Shown here in pieces: positions 63,538 to 64,000 of a DNA stretch of 64,000 nucleotides. Position 1 is the stretch's first letter, and the number at the start of each line of letters is the position of its first letter. Source of the stretch: an uncultured Microthrixaceae bacterium. Lineage in GTDB: Bacteria; Actinomycetota; Acidimicrobiia; Acidimicrobiales; VFJN01. Location: the NCBI GenBank assembly GCA_963703565.1, contig CAVPEW010000018.1, positions 610 through 64,609 on the forward strand, read 5' to 3'. A program made the position numbers and the translations under genes. Below the pieces are notes generated by a model. That model ran no database searches. It worked only from the letters and a program-made list of their open reading frames with translations, and was not told the DNA's origin.

Positions 63538-64000
63538 ATGGAGGTCCTGCACGACACCGGGCGTCGGGCGTGGCCAGGGCAGGGCGCGGCATCGGTCCTC
63601 ACCGTGGGCGCGTACGACGGGGTGCACCTCGGCCACCGCGCCGTGATCGCCGAGGTTCGCCGCCGGGCGGCACCCCTCGGGCTGCGCAGCGTGGTGGTCA
63701 CCTTCGACCGTCATCCGGCGTCGGTGGTGCGCCCCGAGTCCGCCCCGCCGTTGCTCACCGACCTGGACCAGAAGCTCGAGCTGCTGGCCGGCACCGGGAT
63801 CGACGCGGCGCTGGTGGTGGCGTTCGACCAGGCCCGCGCGCGTGAGCCTGCCGAGGAGTTCGTGCGCGAGGTCTTGGTCGCCACCCTCGCCGCAGCCCAG
63901 GTCGTGGTGGGGACCGACTTCCACTTCGGGCACCATCGACGGGGCGACGTGGCCATGCTCGAACGGCTCGGAGCCGAGTGGGGATTCGAAGCCGTCGGCC
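63538..64000 (+). CDS. ribF: Bifunctional riboflavin kinase / FMN adenylyltransferase RibF, N-terminal part (3' end outside the window)
   Basis: My own translation: MEVLHD...VLTVGAYDGVHLGHRAVIAEV...VVVTFDRHPASVVRPE...VVVGTDFHFGHHRRGD. The frame is open to the window end. Confidence 0.85.
   Translation, partial: MEVLHDTGRRAWPGQGAASVLTVGAYDGVHLGHRAVIAEVRRRAAPLGLRSVVVTFDRHPASVVRPESAPPLLTDLDQKLELLAGTGIDAALVVAFDQARAREPAEEFVREVLVATLAAAQVVVGTDFHFGHHRRGDVAMLERLGAEWGFEAVG

Overview
Very GC-rich bacterial chromosome segment; third codon positions are almost all G/C. The gene order is the one I recognise from Actinomycetota core regions. The first ~18 kb is mixed on both strands. It holds the 3' part of sucA, a frameshifted lipoprotein gene, a NYN-S1 nuclease-like gene with a lysine/alanine repeat tail, xthA and a thioesterase. 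It also holds a UvrD2-like helicase, def, an alpha-methylacyl-CoA racemase-like CoA transferase, a MhuD-like gene with two membrane proteins, hsp20 and pckG. From ~18.3 kb onward there is an almost unbroken plus-strand run of housekeeping genes: rpmB(-)/yloV-recG, rsmD-coaD, a SepIVA-like gene, DUF177-rpmF-plsX-acpP-rnc-fpg-smc, ftsY, ffh-rpsP-KH-rimM-trmD-rplS, DUF2469-yraN, comM-dprA-xerC-whiG, a secreted LytM-lipase fusion, rpsB-tsf-pyrH-frr-cdsA-dxr-rseP-ispG-proS, and rimP-nusA-ylxR-infB-rbfA-truB-ribF (3' end outside the window). I found no rRNA, tRNA, CRISPR array, transposase, prophage or defence island by eye. I do not see a convincing novel multi-gene system; this is essentially an ordinary core region. 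Items worth a second look: (1) at least seven conserved genes (rnc, smc, xerC, whiG N-terminus, frr, nusA, one lipoprotein gene) are interrupted by single-nucleotide frame shifts, most simply explained as assembly indels; (2) a NYN/Zc3h12a-like RNase + S1 + (AAVKK)9 protein whose tail is encoded by nine perfect 15-bp repeats; (3) an Fpg/Nei homologue in the canonical rnc-adjacent slot that lacks Pro2 and several lesion-recognition residues; (4) a recurrent TANNNT box 6-11 nt upstream of many start codons, suggesting leaderless genes; (5) a HAIR-like HspR operator in front of hsp20; (6) an orphan moxR plus a decayed GT2 remnant inserted between smc and ftsY; (7) small unlisted ORFs and a ylxR without a canonical start. 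All coordinates and motifs were read by eye from the sequence and ORF track. Homology statements come from recalled family signatures, not searches.
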